Source: Chiloscyllium plagiosum (Eukaryota). Taken from it: a stretch of DNA of 64,000 bases. The DNA lies in contig NC_057718.1 in assembly GCF_004010195.1 (NCBI RefSeq), forward strand, positions 98,022,876-98,086,875, written 5' to 3'. Below, piece after piece: positions 11,820 to 23,470 of the stretch; position 1 is the stretch's first letter; each line of letters starts with the position of its first letter. The notes below the pieces were generated by a model. The model saw only the letters and a list, made by a program, of their open reading frames with translations. It ran no database searches and had not been told where the DNA came from. The position numbers and the translations under genes are program-made.

Positions 11820-12915
11820 ATTCGCAAAGTATGTTTGAAACATGGAAAATGTTTAAGAGGATCCTCAGACCTGATTCTGAGAGGTTTCCTCTCGTGGGAG
11901 AATGTGGTATCAATGGGCACCATCTCAGAGTAAGGGCTCACCCATGTAGGACAGAGATGGAGAGGAATTTTTTTCCTCAGAGAATCTGTCGATCTTTTTA
12001 CCTCAGATGGCTCTCATGCTGAGTCGTTAAGCATAGTCAGCTCTGAGGTAGATTTTGAATCAGTAAAAGAAGCAAGGGTTATAAGAAAAGGCAGGAAAGT
12101 GGAATTGAGGATTATCAGATCAGCCATGAGCTTACTGAATAGCAGACTTGATGGGCTGAATCGCCTTTCTGATCCTCTTAACAGTCTTACATTCACAACA
12201 TTTGGCTGATCTCGACAACATAGAAACTAGGAGCAGGAGTAAACCTAACAGCCCTTGGAGGCTGCTCCACCATTTCATATGATGGTGGCTGATCCTTTCT
12301 CTCAATGTCATGTTCCTGCTTTCAGTCCCAGATACCTTTAAAAGCTAAGAATTTACCTATCTCTTTCTTGAATGCATTCGCTGACTTGGCCTCCAGCACC
12401 TGCTGTGGTGGAGAATTCAACAGGTTCATTACCCTTCGATTTCCCTCATCTCAGTCCTCAATAGCCTACCTTGTGTCCTCGGGCTGTCACCTCTATACTG
12501 TCCTCTGCACTCAGATCCCTGCCCCTCGTTCTCCCGGCTTGGCTTAGTTAAAACTACAGAAGCATCTAACACTAGGCAGATATTCGAAAAAGTTGACAAT
12601 GACTTGTTTCTGTATTGGTTAAAGTCTTCAGTGCTTCATAGTATCATAGTAATAGAAGCAAGGGGAGGCCATTTGGCCCGTCGAGCCTGCTCCACCATTC
12701 ATTAAGATCATGACTGATCTATCTGTCATCTCAGCTCCTCCTACCTGCAATATCCCCATAACTCTTAATTCTCCTACCATGCAAAAACTCATCCAACTGT
12801 GTCTAGAATATATTTAACAAAGCTGCCTCTACTGCTTCCTTGGGCAGAGAATTCCATCGATTCACTACTGTCTGGGAAAAGCAGTTCCTCCTCATCTCTG
12901 TCCTAAATCTACTCC
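11820..12915. mobile_element. Three CR1 LINE 3' fragments (11820-12195 +, 12220-12480 -, 12640-12915 -)
   Basis: RTEM.RN.FSQ.VVN.WNSLP.EAVEA peptide; gatcagccatga tail motif. Confidence 0.8.
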
Positions 12916-13404
12916 TCCTTTTGTGGCACATGGTCCTGGTCTTTGATGAAGGCAATGATAGTGACTGCCTGGACGGCAGTGGGAATATTCCAGGAATTGG
13001 TCCCAGATCCCAGGTTTTTTTTATTTGATTCATGCATCAGACACAACCTAAAATAGGGTGTTTACTCTCAATAAATTTCGGCTCTTGTGACCAACTCATG
13101 AAACCCTGTGGGTTTTCCCAGATAGAGTTGCACTTTGCAGTAACTACTCAACTGTCAAAGGCCTCTGAAGGTTTGATGCTGCCAATTACACAGTAAATGT
13201 AATGATATAAAACATGTTCGGGACATGCTAATGCGGTGGTATGCAAAATACCACAATCCTTTAAATGACAATTCTGTGCTTGCTTTTGCATGCTACGGAA
13301 TTGCTGTCTCATGTTTCTGTCCCTTCCTCCTCCCTCCCCCACCTTCCATCGGTCTTTTCCCCCTCCTCTTTCCCAATATCCTACCCACACCTCCCTGAAA
13401 CCCC

Positions 13405-13560
13405 CTGTTCCCTGGTCATCGTTAGACTCTTAATTCCAGATTCCTTTTTGTTGAATTCAAATTCCACCACCTACTGTGGTGGGATTGAAACCCCAGTCCC
13501 CAGAACATTCCTGGGTCCCTGCGATTAACAGTCCAGTGAAAATACAACTAAGCCATTGCC
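13405..13560 (-). mobile_element. Second SINE family, 5' part
   Basis: ttgaattcaaattccacca...gggattgaaaccc...cagtccagtg. Confidence 0.6.
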
Positions 13561-14045
13561 TCCCTGTCTTCCCTATACCCTCTCTCCAACCCACCTCTTT
13601 CTTCCCCCTGACCGACATCCCTCTCCCCTACACCCTTCTCCCCAACACCATCTGTCCNNNNNNNNNNNNNNNNNNNNNNNNNNNNNNNNNNNNNNNNNNN
13701 NNNNNNNNNNNNNNNNNNNNNNNNNNNNNNNNNNNNNNNNNNNNNNNNNNNNNNNNNNNNNNNNNNNNNNNNNNNNNNNNNNNNNNNNNNNNNNNNNNNN
13801 NNNNNNNNNNNNNNNNNNNNNNNNNNNNNNNNNNNNNNNNNNNNNNNNNNNNNNNNNNNNNNNNNNNNNNNNNCATACCTCTCTCCCTTACACACCTCTC
13901 CCCTACACACCGCTCCCCTACACCCCTCTCCCCTCCACCCCTTATCCCCTATCCATGTCTCTCCCTTCCACCCATCTCCCCTCATCGTGCCTCCTCTGCA
14001 TGTGCCCCTTGTTCTGTCCTCCTCCTTCGCCCTTCCTCACTCGCT
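13560..14045. repeat. CT-rich low-complexity repeat spanning an N gap (13658-13873)
   Basis: ctctcccctacac units on both sides of the Ns. Confidence 0.85.
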
Positions 14046-14109
14046 CATGTTTTGGAGATCTGACCTTCCATTCAGCTGATGACACCCAGCACTGCGTTTT
14101 CGTGGAAGC

Positions 14110-14290
14110 TGAAAGTCTGAAATAAAAGCAAGAGGTGCTGGAGGAACACAGCAGCCGTGGAGAGAGAAACAGAGAGAATGTCTGACAACTCCCTTTGAAC
14201 TTGACCTCTCTTTGCCTCTCAGAACCAAGTTCTGATGAAACCTTTGGCCCTACATCACCTCGTTGACCCTGTGTCAGATATTCCTTCAGC
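14110..14290. mobile_element. Degenerate family C-like PLE end
   Basis: ctgaaataaaagcaagaggtgctggagg...ggagagagaaacagag...tctgatgaa. Confidence 0.5.
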
Positions 14291-15274
14291 ACATTCCAGT
14301 CAAGTCCCTCAGGCTGTTTGAAGGGTGCCGTTTCAATCAGTTGTTGTTGTATAGTGAAATACATCTGATAATCCTCTGCGATGCCAGAAATAAGCCACAA
14401 GAAAATAAAACTGTGGAAAATCTACCCTGAAATGTTGGCAGCAAGTCAAAAATTTGGGCTAATTGATCAGCAACATTCCTCTTTTAACTTCTAAATAGAA
14501 CTGAGATGATCCAGCTTAAAGGCTCTTTAATGGTAGTGTTTATACTTGAAGCTTCCATAATAGAATGAGGTTCCTCTTTGTATCTTAATCTTTGTTAACA
14601 GTATATACTCCCCTTAAGAATAGTGTAATTTGGCAACGTAATAAAGTAATGTGACATTATATGGAGTCTTTGCAGTAATCCCAGCAATTTTACCAGCACT
14701 CTCTTTGGCTAATAGAAATAATTTATGTACACGATGCAGTTGGGGTTCATTTCTTTTCTCCTGTGGGAGATCTCTTCATGAAACTTGGAGGGTGTACTTA
14801 TTAGGCTGTTACAGATAACATTATAATAAAGTATAGTAATTAGACCTGTACCACATGTTCAAATTACATTAATTACACAGCAGACTTTCCTTGATAGCTC
14901 AAAATAGTCTTATCACAGCCTCCTTCAGTCTATGTTTTACCTTCGATCCTCATTTTTTCCCGTTCTTTGACTCTTCGGAATGTGTAGCTTCATCTGCTCC
15001 ACTTTCAGCTTCAGAATATTTGGTTGTTTAGCTGGGTTCGGCCGTAATAACCACGATCATTTAAGGACAGTCCATGCTGCTGGACCACAACGATGAGAAC
15101 CAGAGGGCATGTTGAATTGCTTTAAATGCTTTAGGGAGCCTGTGGTGGGGACATTTGTGGGTCACAAAGCATGAACGTGGCCAGGGCAGTCACTTCGAGA
15201 GGATCTTAACTTTACCTGATAGTTTCAATCCTTCTCATTCCCCTTCAACTCTGAGTTTCCCCCCAACACAGTGT

Positions 15275-16780
15275 AACAATAAGGGGTAGGCCATTCAGGA
15301 CTGAGATGGGGAAGAATGTCTTCACTCAGAGAGTTGTGAACCTGTGGAATTCTCTCCCACAGGAAGCTGTTGGGGCCAGTTCGTTAGCTAGATTCAGGAG
15401 GGAGCTGGACATGGCCCTTGTGGGTAAAGGGATGAAGGGGATGGGGAGAGGGCAGGATTGTGATACTGAGATTGCATGATCAACCATGATTATATTGAAT
15501 GGTGGGGCAGGCTCCAAGGGCCAAGTGGTCTACTACTGCACCTATTTTCTATGTTTCTTTACATAGGTACACACACACACATTAAAAGGAATTGTGTGGT
15601 TACAGAATTTGCTGATGATGCAACGATGTGGCAACTTGTGAAGGGGATGAGTCTGCAAATGAAATATATTGGTTAAGGAAGCAGGCAAAGAGAATATATT
15701 GTAGGAAAATGTGAACTTGTCCATTTTGCTAAGAAGTATAGAAAAACAGCATAAAAAGATTTCAGAACCCTTCAGTCCATCAGGATCTGGGGGTCCATGA
15801 ATCACAAAAAAACTTGGTTGCAAGTTATGATAAGGAAAGCAGATAGAATATTGGTGTTTATTGCAAGGAAAGTGGAAATATAAAAACGTGGAAGTTTTTC
15901 TGCACTTGCACAGGGCATTGATGAGACCATACCTGGAGTGTTGTGTACAGTTTCAATGTCCTTAATTACGAAAGGTTATCATTGCACTAGAAGCAGTTCA
16001 AAGATGCAGGGGTTATCTTACCAGGAAACTTTGGGCCGATATCCATTAGGGTTTGGAAGAATGAGAGGTGATCTTGTCGAAACACTTAAGATTGCAAGAG
16101 GACTTGACAGGGTGGTTTCTCCCTTTTTAGGAGAAACTAGACCTAGACCTAGATCTAGATTACCTACAGTGTGGAAACAGGCCCTTCGGCCCAACAAGTC
16201 CACATCGACCCTCCGAAGAGAAACCGACCCCCCTATATTTTCCCCTGACTAATCCACCTAACACTGTGGGCAATTTAACATGGCCAATTCACCTAACCTG
16301 CACATCTTTTGGACTGTGGGTGGACACCTGAGCACCCAGAGGAAACCTACGCAGACACAGAGAGAATGTGCAAACTCCACACAGACAGTTGCCCGAGGCG
16401 GGAGTTGAACCCGGGTCCCTGGTGCTGTGCGGCAGCAGTGCTAACCACTGAGCCACCATGCCGCCCAGGGTGGCACTAGAACCAGGGGACACTATCTAAA
16501 AATAAGCGATGTCTCATTTAAGATAGAGATTTATCTTTCTCTGTCAGAGGCGTTAGTCTGTGGAATTCCCTTCTCCAGGAAGCATCGGAGGCTGGGGCAT
16601 TGGGATATTAAAGTAAGGAGGTTTTGCTAAAACTATACCAGGTGTTGGTTAGACCACAGATGGAATAGTGTGAACAGCTATGGGCCATTTATCTGAGGAA
16701 GGAAGGATGTACTGGCCTTGGAGACAGTACAGAAAAGGTCCACTAGACTGTTTACAGCTATGGGGCACTATCTCATGTCT
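15275..16780 (+). mobile_element. CR1 LINE fragments with nested HE1 SINE (16155-16467, -)
   Basis: RMRGDLVETLKI peptide; HE1 head and tail. Confidence 0.8.
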
Positions 16781-17258
16781 CAGGGAAGCTCTTTCTCTCG
16801 TGTGTGATTGGAAGTTTCATATGTTGCTATCACAGTAAAATAGACGATAGTTATTGACCCATTTCTGACAGGTTGCTCCCTTTTGCAAAGACTTGAAATG
16901 TGTGAAATTATTTGACACTGGCATGTCTGGATGTGCTCAGACTTCCACTCGCTTTATCTGATGTGGATAGGGAGAACAGACAGGAATAGTGTGCTGCTGG
17001 TGCTGTGTCTACACTAGATGCATCCCTTGCCACCCTGGAGTGTTTATTACTAACACGGTGCCAGCATGTGTGTAAAAGCCAGAGCAGAACTCACTGCGAT
17101 TGGTCTATCCACCAGCAATGTCTGTTTACTTTGCAAGCAGAAAGGTGAACAAAGACTGTTGACAGTGTCTATTTACAGGGTCAGCAGGCAGAACTTATGA
17201 CTTGGAGGACCTACTCCCAAAGAGTGTGACCTCTCCTGTGAAATGGAGGAAGTGGAGG

Positions 17259-17672
17259 ATAATCTTCCGCCTTGGGACCCTCCATCCACACGGCATCAAT
17301 GTGGATTCCACCAGTTTCCTCGTCTCCCCTCCCCTCACATTATCCGAGATCCAACTCTCCAACTCGGCACCACCCTCTTGAACTAACCTCCCTGTCCATC
17401 TTCCTTCTCACCTATCCCCTCCACCCTCCTCTCTGACCTATCACCATCACATCCCACCTTCATCTACCTATGGCATTCTGAGCTACCTTCTCCCAGCCCC
17501 ATCCCCGACCCATTTATCTCTCAGCCCCCTTGGGCACCCCACATTCCTGATGAAGGGTTTATGCCTGAAACATCAACTCTCCTGCTCCTCGGATGCTGCC
17601 TGACCTGCTGTGCTTTTCCAGTACCACAGTTTTTGATTCTGATCTCCAGCACCTGCAGTCCTCACTTTCTCC
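17259..17672 (+). mobile_element. PLE 3' end (family A): ORF C-terminus, pyrimidine-rich UTR and hammerhead (17543-17578)
   Basis: Translates IIFRLGTLHPHGINVDSTSF (PLE GIY-YIG C-terminal L.T..P.G.N motif); ends ctcactttctcc. Confidence 0.85.
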
Positions 17673-17890
17673 GTGATAATTATGTAATGACTTCAAGCCA
17701 AATTATTTTCAGTCATATGGTCCTCGGGCATGAGTAATGAGAAAAATGATCCAGTTCCCACTTTTCCAGTGGGGAATTAGAATTTTCAACATGCAACTCT
17801 GTTTGTGAAGTAGTGCAATAAATATTGGCGTGGCCAGTAACACCCACATCCACGAAATAAATCATACAAAGGCAGCAAACTATTTTCCAA

Positions 17891-18191
17891 TTAGATTACC
17901 TACAGTATGGAAACAGGCCCTTCATCCCAGACCGAACGTCCAAAGAGTAATCCACCCCAATCCAACCCCCCCTACCCTGTAATCACCCCTGACTAATGCA
18001 TCTAACACTATGGGCAATTGAGCATGGCCAATCCACCCTAACTTGCACATCTTTGGACTGTGAGAGGAAACCCATGCAGACACAGGGGAAATGTGCAAAC
18101 TCCACACAGGCAATCACCCAAAGCTGGAATTGAACCCAGGTTGGTGGTGCTGTGAGGCAGCAGTGCTAACCTCTGAGCCTCCGTGCCACCC
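17891..18191 (-). mobile_element. HE1 SINE
   Basis: Matches other HE1 copies. Confidence 0.88.
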
Positions 18192-18204
18192 TAATTGTTA
18201 GTGC

Positions 18205-18900
18205 TTTTTTGAGTCACAGGGTTCCAGGTTCACTCCAGGGCGTGAGCATGAAAACAAAATGAAGTATTGAAAGAGGGCGATACTGTTAGAGGTGCCATAT
18301 TTTGGACGCAATCTGATGTAATGATCTCATGAACAAAAACGGAAGTTACTGGAAAAGCTCAGCAGGTCAGGTAGCATCTGTGAAGAGAAATCAACATTAA
18401 TATTTCGCATCTGATGACCCTTCTTTAGAATTGGATTCGGAATGTTAACTCTGATTTCTCTCCACAGATGCTGCAAGACCTGCTGAGCTTTTCCAGCAGT
18501 TTCTAATTCGCAGCATCTGCAGTTCTTCTGTTGTTTTTTAACGATCCCGAGATACTGTTTTGAAGAAAATCAAGGGAGTTGTCCCAAGTGCCTTGGCCAA
18601 TATTTATCCTTCTAAGTTAAAAATCACACAACACTATAACCTGGTGTTGTGTGATTTTTAACTTTGTACACCCCAGTCCAACACCGGCATCTCCAAATCA
18701 TTTATCCTTCACTCAGTGTTACGAAAACACAGTGTGCGGTTATTATCAGGTTGCGGCATGTGGGGGGTTTGCTGTGTATGAATGGTGTTTCATGCATTAC
18801 AACAACAACTGCACTTCAGAAGTATGTTATTGTCTGTAAAACTCTTCAAAACCTATGGTGGTTATGCAAAAGCTATATAAATGCAAATCTTTATTTTATC
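18205..18900 (+). mobile_element. DeuSINE (SacSINE1/AmnSINE1-like) with nested family C (about 18332-18540) and family B (18613-18699) PLE insertions
   Basis: gaagaa..caagggagtt.tcc..gtgccttggccaatatttatcc...cattacaaca...cacttca.aagta...gctatataaatgcaa; family B TSD atttatccttc at 18602-18612 and 18700-18710. Confidence 0.75.
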
Positions 18901-18909
18901 CTCCTCCAC

Positions 18910-19312
18910 CTATTTTCTCTGGAGCCTCGGAGGCTGATGGCTGACCTTGTAGAGGTTTATAAAATCATGAGGGGCATGGATAGGGTAAATAGACAAGGTC
19001 TTTTCCCTGTGTTCAGGGAGCCCAAAACTACAGGGCAGAGGCTTAAGCTGCAAGGGGAAAGATTTAAAAGAGACCTAAGGGGCAACTGTTTCACACAGAC
19101 GGTGGTACGTGTATGGAATGAGCTGCTAGAGACAGTGGTGGAGGCTAGTGCAGTTACAACATTTAAAAGGCTGGTGGGTATATGGATAGGAAGGGTTGAG
19201 AGGGAAATGGGCCAAGTGCTGGCAAATGGGACTAGATTAGGATAGGATATCTGGTTGGCAAGGACTAGTTAGACTGAAGGGTCTGTTTTAGTGCTGTATA
19301 TCTCGATGACTA
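18910..19312 (+). mobile_element. HER1/CR1 LINE 3' fragment
   Basis: LFSLEPRRLMADLVEVYKIMRGMDRV...WNEL. Confidence 0.92.
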
Positions 19313-19654
19313 TAACACCTAGGGCCTTGATGTCTCCTTGTGTGATTGCCATGTCCTTATTCAAACTATTCAAGCATGTCTTTAATTCGTCTCATGATGT
19401 CTTCTGTCTTGTGATAGTGGTGTAAACATTTCACTATTTGCTAACAAAGTGTGTGCGTGTTTGTGTGTTGTGTGTGTGCACGCGTGTGTATGTCTGTGTG
19501 TGTATGTATGTGCTGTACGATTTACATGTGATTCATGGACAATTTCTTCCAGGGTCAATAGCCTTTTCACATTGACTCATATCCTCAGTGCACCGATACA
19601 GACTGATGAGTGAATGTATGAGAAAGGAATGGGACTAGGCTATTTAGTCCCTTA

Positions 19655-20065
19655 TTCTGGATCAGTTGTGCTGGAAGAGCACAGCAATTCAGGCAGCATC
19701 CGACGAGCAGCAAAATCGACGTTTCGGGCAAAAGCCCTTCATCAGGAATAAAGGCAGAGAGCCTGAAGCATGGAGGGATAAACTAGAGGAGGGTGGGGGT
19801 GGGGAGAAAGTAGCATAGAGTACAATAGGTGAGTGGGGGAGGAGATGAAGGTGATAGGTCAGGGAGGAGAAGGTGGAGTGGATAGGTGGAAAAAAGAGCT
19901 AGGCAGGTCTCCATGCTTCAGGCTCTCTGCCTTTATTCCTGATGAAGGGCTTTTGCCCGAAACGTCGATTTTGCTGCTCGTCGGATGCTGCCTGAATTGC
20001 TGTGCTCTTCCAGCACCATTAATCCAGAATCTGGTTTCCAGCATCTGCAGTCATTGTTTTTACCT
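19655..20065. mobile_element. Young fold-back family A PLE insertion with hammerheads on both strands
   Basis: 15-bp TSD ctatttagtccctta at 19640-19654 and 20066-20080; near-perfect arms of over 100 bp. Confidence 0.92.
19935..19970 (+). ncRNA. Minimal hammerhead ribozyme motif (family A)
   Basis: AUUC-CUGAUGA-A-GGGC-UUUU-GCCC-GAAA-CGUC-GAUU. Confidence 0.8.
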
Positions 20066-20204
20066 CTATTTAGTCCCTTAATCCTGTTAATAGTTTTCAG
20101 TGTTTTCTGTTCTTTGTTTGTGTAATTGACTTGGTTGTTCTGCATAGTTGTAGCCCTTTATTGATAGCTAGCCATAACATGGGGATCTGTGTAAAAGTAA
20201 ATAC

Positions 20205-20730
20205 ATAGAACGATAGAGGTCCCCAGCACAGAAAAAGACCATGCAGCCCATCAATCTGTGCCAGTCGAAAACAATCACCTCACTCTTCTCCAGCACTTGG
20301 CCCATAGCCTTGTGTACCATGGCATTGCATGTGAGCAACTAAATATTACTTCAATGTTCTGAGGGTTTCTGTTTCTACCACCCTTGCAGGCAGTGAGTTC
20401 CAGATTCCCACCACCCTCTGGGTGAGAAAGATGTTTCCTCACATTTTCTCTAAACCTCCTGCCCCTTTAACTGTTTGCCCCTGGTCATTGCTCCCTCCAC
20501 CAAGGGGAAAGATTATTTCCTGTCTACCCTATCTACACCTCTCAAAATTTTACAGCTCTCAAACTTTTCTGCTCTAAGAAAAACAACCCTGTTCTATCCA
20601 ATCTCCCTTCCTAAGTGCAATTCTCCAAGCCAAGCAACATCCTGGTAAATCTCCTCTGCACCCTCTCCAGTACAAACATATCCCTCCTGTAATGTGGATT
20701 CCAGAACTGCAGACAGTACTCAAGCTGTGG
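20205..20730 (-). mobile_element. CR1 LINE 3' fragment
   Basis: ggcagtgagttccagattcccaccaccctctgggtga...aatctcctctgcaccctctcc. Confidence 0.8.
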
Positions 20731-20973
20731 CTAAAGAGTACAGGACCAAGGAACAGGGGGACTGCTTCTCAAGCTAACAACCCGAATGGTATTTCTACTT
20801 TTAGTGTTTGCTAACCAAACTGTCTTTGCACTCGACTGCTCTTCAAAGCACAATTGACGATAAGACACAAATGTGAATTGAAATGTTACTCAGCTGTCCA
20901 GTTTTTGCTGTGCTTAAAGGATCTTGGAAAAATACCATTCAGTGTGACAAATAGGAGTGTCTGTGTCAAATTA

Positions 20974-21035
20974 CTCATCGGATTCAATCCAGGCTCATCG
21001 GATTCAATCCAGGCTCATCGGATTCAATCCAGGCT
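20974..21035. repeat. Perfect 20-bp tandem repeat x3 (ctcatcggattcaatccagg)
   Basis: Direct inspection. Confidence 0.95.
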
Positions 21036-21159
21036 GCTTTTCAAGTGCTTGTTGCAGCCAATTGGAATGCAAAATTTTGCAAATTATTCGGAAAGAAATT
21101 TGAATTATAAATAGCAATGGCTGGGTTATCTGGTCTGATGCGCGCACACACACCCAAAT

Positions 21160-21498
21160 TTAGATTAGATTAGATTCCCAACAGTATGGAAATAGGCCCT
21201 TCGGCCCAACAAGTCCACACTGACCCTCCGAAGAGTAACTCACCCAAACCCATTCCCCTTCCCTACATTCCCTAACTAATGCACCTAACGTACACATCCC
21301 TGAACACAATGGGGCAATTTCGCCTGGCCAATTTACCTAACCTGCACATCTTTGGATTGTGGGTGGAAGCTGGAACACCTGGAGGAAACTCACGCAGACA
21401 GGGGGAGAATGTCCAAACTCCACAGAGACAGCCGTCCAAGCTGAGAATCGAACCCAGGTCCCTGGCACTGTGAGGCAGCAGTGCTAACCACTGTGCCT
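21160..21498 (-). mobile_element. HE1 SINE
   Basis: (ttaga)n tail; HE1 body. Confidence 0.9.
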
Positions 21499-21555
21499 CC
21501 CTTAATTTGTCAAAGGAGACAGTTGAATTACAGGAGCCTGATGAGCCAGAAAGTA

Positions 21556-21861
21556 CGGCACGGTGGCACAGTGGTTAGCACTGCTGCCTCACAGCACCAG
21601 AGATCCGGGTTCAATTCCCGCCTCGGGTGACTGACTGTGTGGAGTTTGCACGTTCTCCCCATATCCGCGTGGGTTTCCTCCGGGTGCTCCGGTTTCCTCC
21701 CACAATCCAAAAAGATGTGCAGGTCAGGTGAATTGGCCATGCTAAAATGCCCGTAGTGTTAGGTAAGGGGTAAATGTAGGGGTATGGGTGGGTTGCGCTT
21801 CGGCGGGGTGGTGTGGACTTGTTGGGCCGAAGGGCCTGTTTCCACACTGTAAGTAATCTAA
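21556..21861 (+). mobile_element. HE1 SINE, young
   Basis: A-box/B-box-like head; 9-bp TSD agaaagtac at 21548-21556 and 21862-21870. Confidence 0.93.
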
Positions 21862-22021
21862 AGAAAGTACCAAGAGAACCTGTCGTGGGTTGAGTGTGAA
21901 ATTGAAACTATTTCCCTCTTTTTCTAGAGTCTGTGAGTTCCCTTGGAGCTCCGAATGACAACTGTAGCATGTGCCTATTCAATGATCTTAACTATTCATG
22001 GGAGGCCATTGAGCATCTTAG

Positions 22022-22710
22022 ATTCATAGAGGCATACAATACAGAAACAGACCCTTCAGTCCAACCAGTCCATGCCAACCATAATCCCAAAACTAGACTG
22101 GTTCTACCTGCCTGCGTCTGGTCCCTTTCCCTCCAAATCTTTTTTATTCATGTACTTACCTGAATGTCTTTCAAACATTGTAACTGCACCTGCATCCACC
22201 ACTCCCTGTCCACGTTAATTCTACACACGAACTGCTGTCTGTATAAAAAACGTTGTCTTTGTTAAATCTTTCTTATCTCACCTTAAAAATATGTCCCCGA
22301 GTCATGAAGTGTCAGGGAAAGACACCTGCCATTCACCTTATCTGAACCCCTCATGATCTTTTAGATTAGATTAGATTCCCTACAGTGTGGAAACAGGCCC
22401 TTCGGCCCAACAAATCCACATCGATCCTCCTTGGAGTAACCCACCCAGTCCCATTTCCCTAATGCACCTAACACTCCGGGCAGTTTAGCATGGCCTATTC
22501 ACCTAACCACATCTTTAGACTGTGGGAGGAAACCGGAGCACCCGGAAGAAACCCACGCAGACACGGGGAGAATGTGCAAACTCCACACAGACAGTTGCCA
22601 GAGGCTGGAATTGAACTTGGGACCCTGGTGCTGTGAGGCAGCAGTGCTAACCACTGAACCACCGTGCTTATAGACCTTTGTAAGGTCACCTCTCAACCTG
22701 CTCCACTGGA
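22022..22710 (-). mobile_element. HER1/CR1 fragment with nested HE1 SINE (22361-22665, -)
   Basis: CR1 sequence resumes after the SINE (tagacctttgtaaggtcacctctc). Confidence 0.85.
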
Positions 22711-23470
22711 GGTTTCATTTGCAAAGGCCCAGAGCTTGATTCTTGACCTCGCCTTTCTGGGCGAACATTGCGTTGAGGAGGGTCTGCCGAACCGCCCACA
22801 TTACTCCCCGCTGTATCATTTTCCAATTGCCATGCACTCCGTTCCAGGACCGAGTCACCTCTCCCCCACTGCCAGCACTCACTGTAACCACAGTGCAGAG
22901 CCCCTAGGAGAGGTGCAGGCTACATTTAAGTGGTGTGGTGGCTTCTATTGCTGTAGGCTCCCTCACATACCTGCTCCAGTCCAGTCCAAACAGTGAGGTT
23001 CATGCCACCTACACATTGAAATCATTGAATTGACGGAGCAGCTTACTGAGTGGGCAGCATTGTAATTAATGTTAAGTCAAGTCCCACCTTATGTTTTGTA
23101 CATGACAATAGAAAAGCACTGGAAAGCCCAGCAGAGCAAGTCTGGCAGCATTTGTTGAGAGAGAAACAGAGATAATGTTTCAATCCATCCTGACTCTTCT
23201 TCGGAGGTAACGTTTGGTATTTTTTTACCCTCCCACCAAACCCGCTGAGCTTTTCCCAGTGTTTCATTTGTTTTGCTCTGGGTTTCCAGAATCTGCAAAA
23301 TGTAACTTCCATTAAAGAAACACTATACACGATTTGGCGGTAATAATAATGGCATCTCAGCAATGCTGAAGAACCAGAGACTGTAGTTCAAGAGAAATGC
23401 AAACTCAGATAAAACGAAGAACGACGAGCATTGGAAATCTGGGACAAAGACAAAAATTTAGAATCCCGAT

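Noticed and set aside
13476..14125. ORFs of 145-195 aa
   Set aside because: Artefacts of the N gap and CT-rich low complexity
19655..20065. MITE / DNA transposon interpretation of the fold-back elements
   Set aside because: Arms are asymmetric and variable, TSDs are 11-15 bp of variable sequence, and a longer copy joins a PLE ORF
20974..21035. CRISPR-like direct repeats (also 5743-5812)
   Set aside because: No spacers, eukaryotic context, no cas genes
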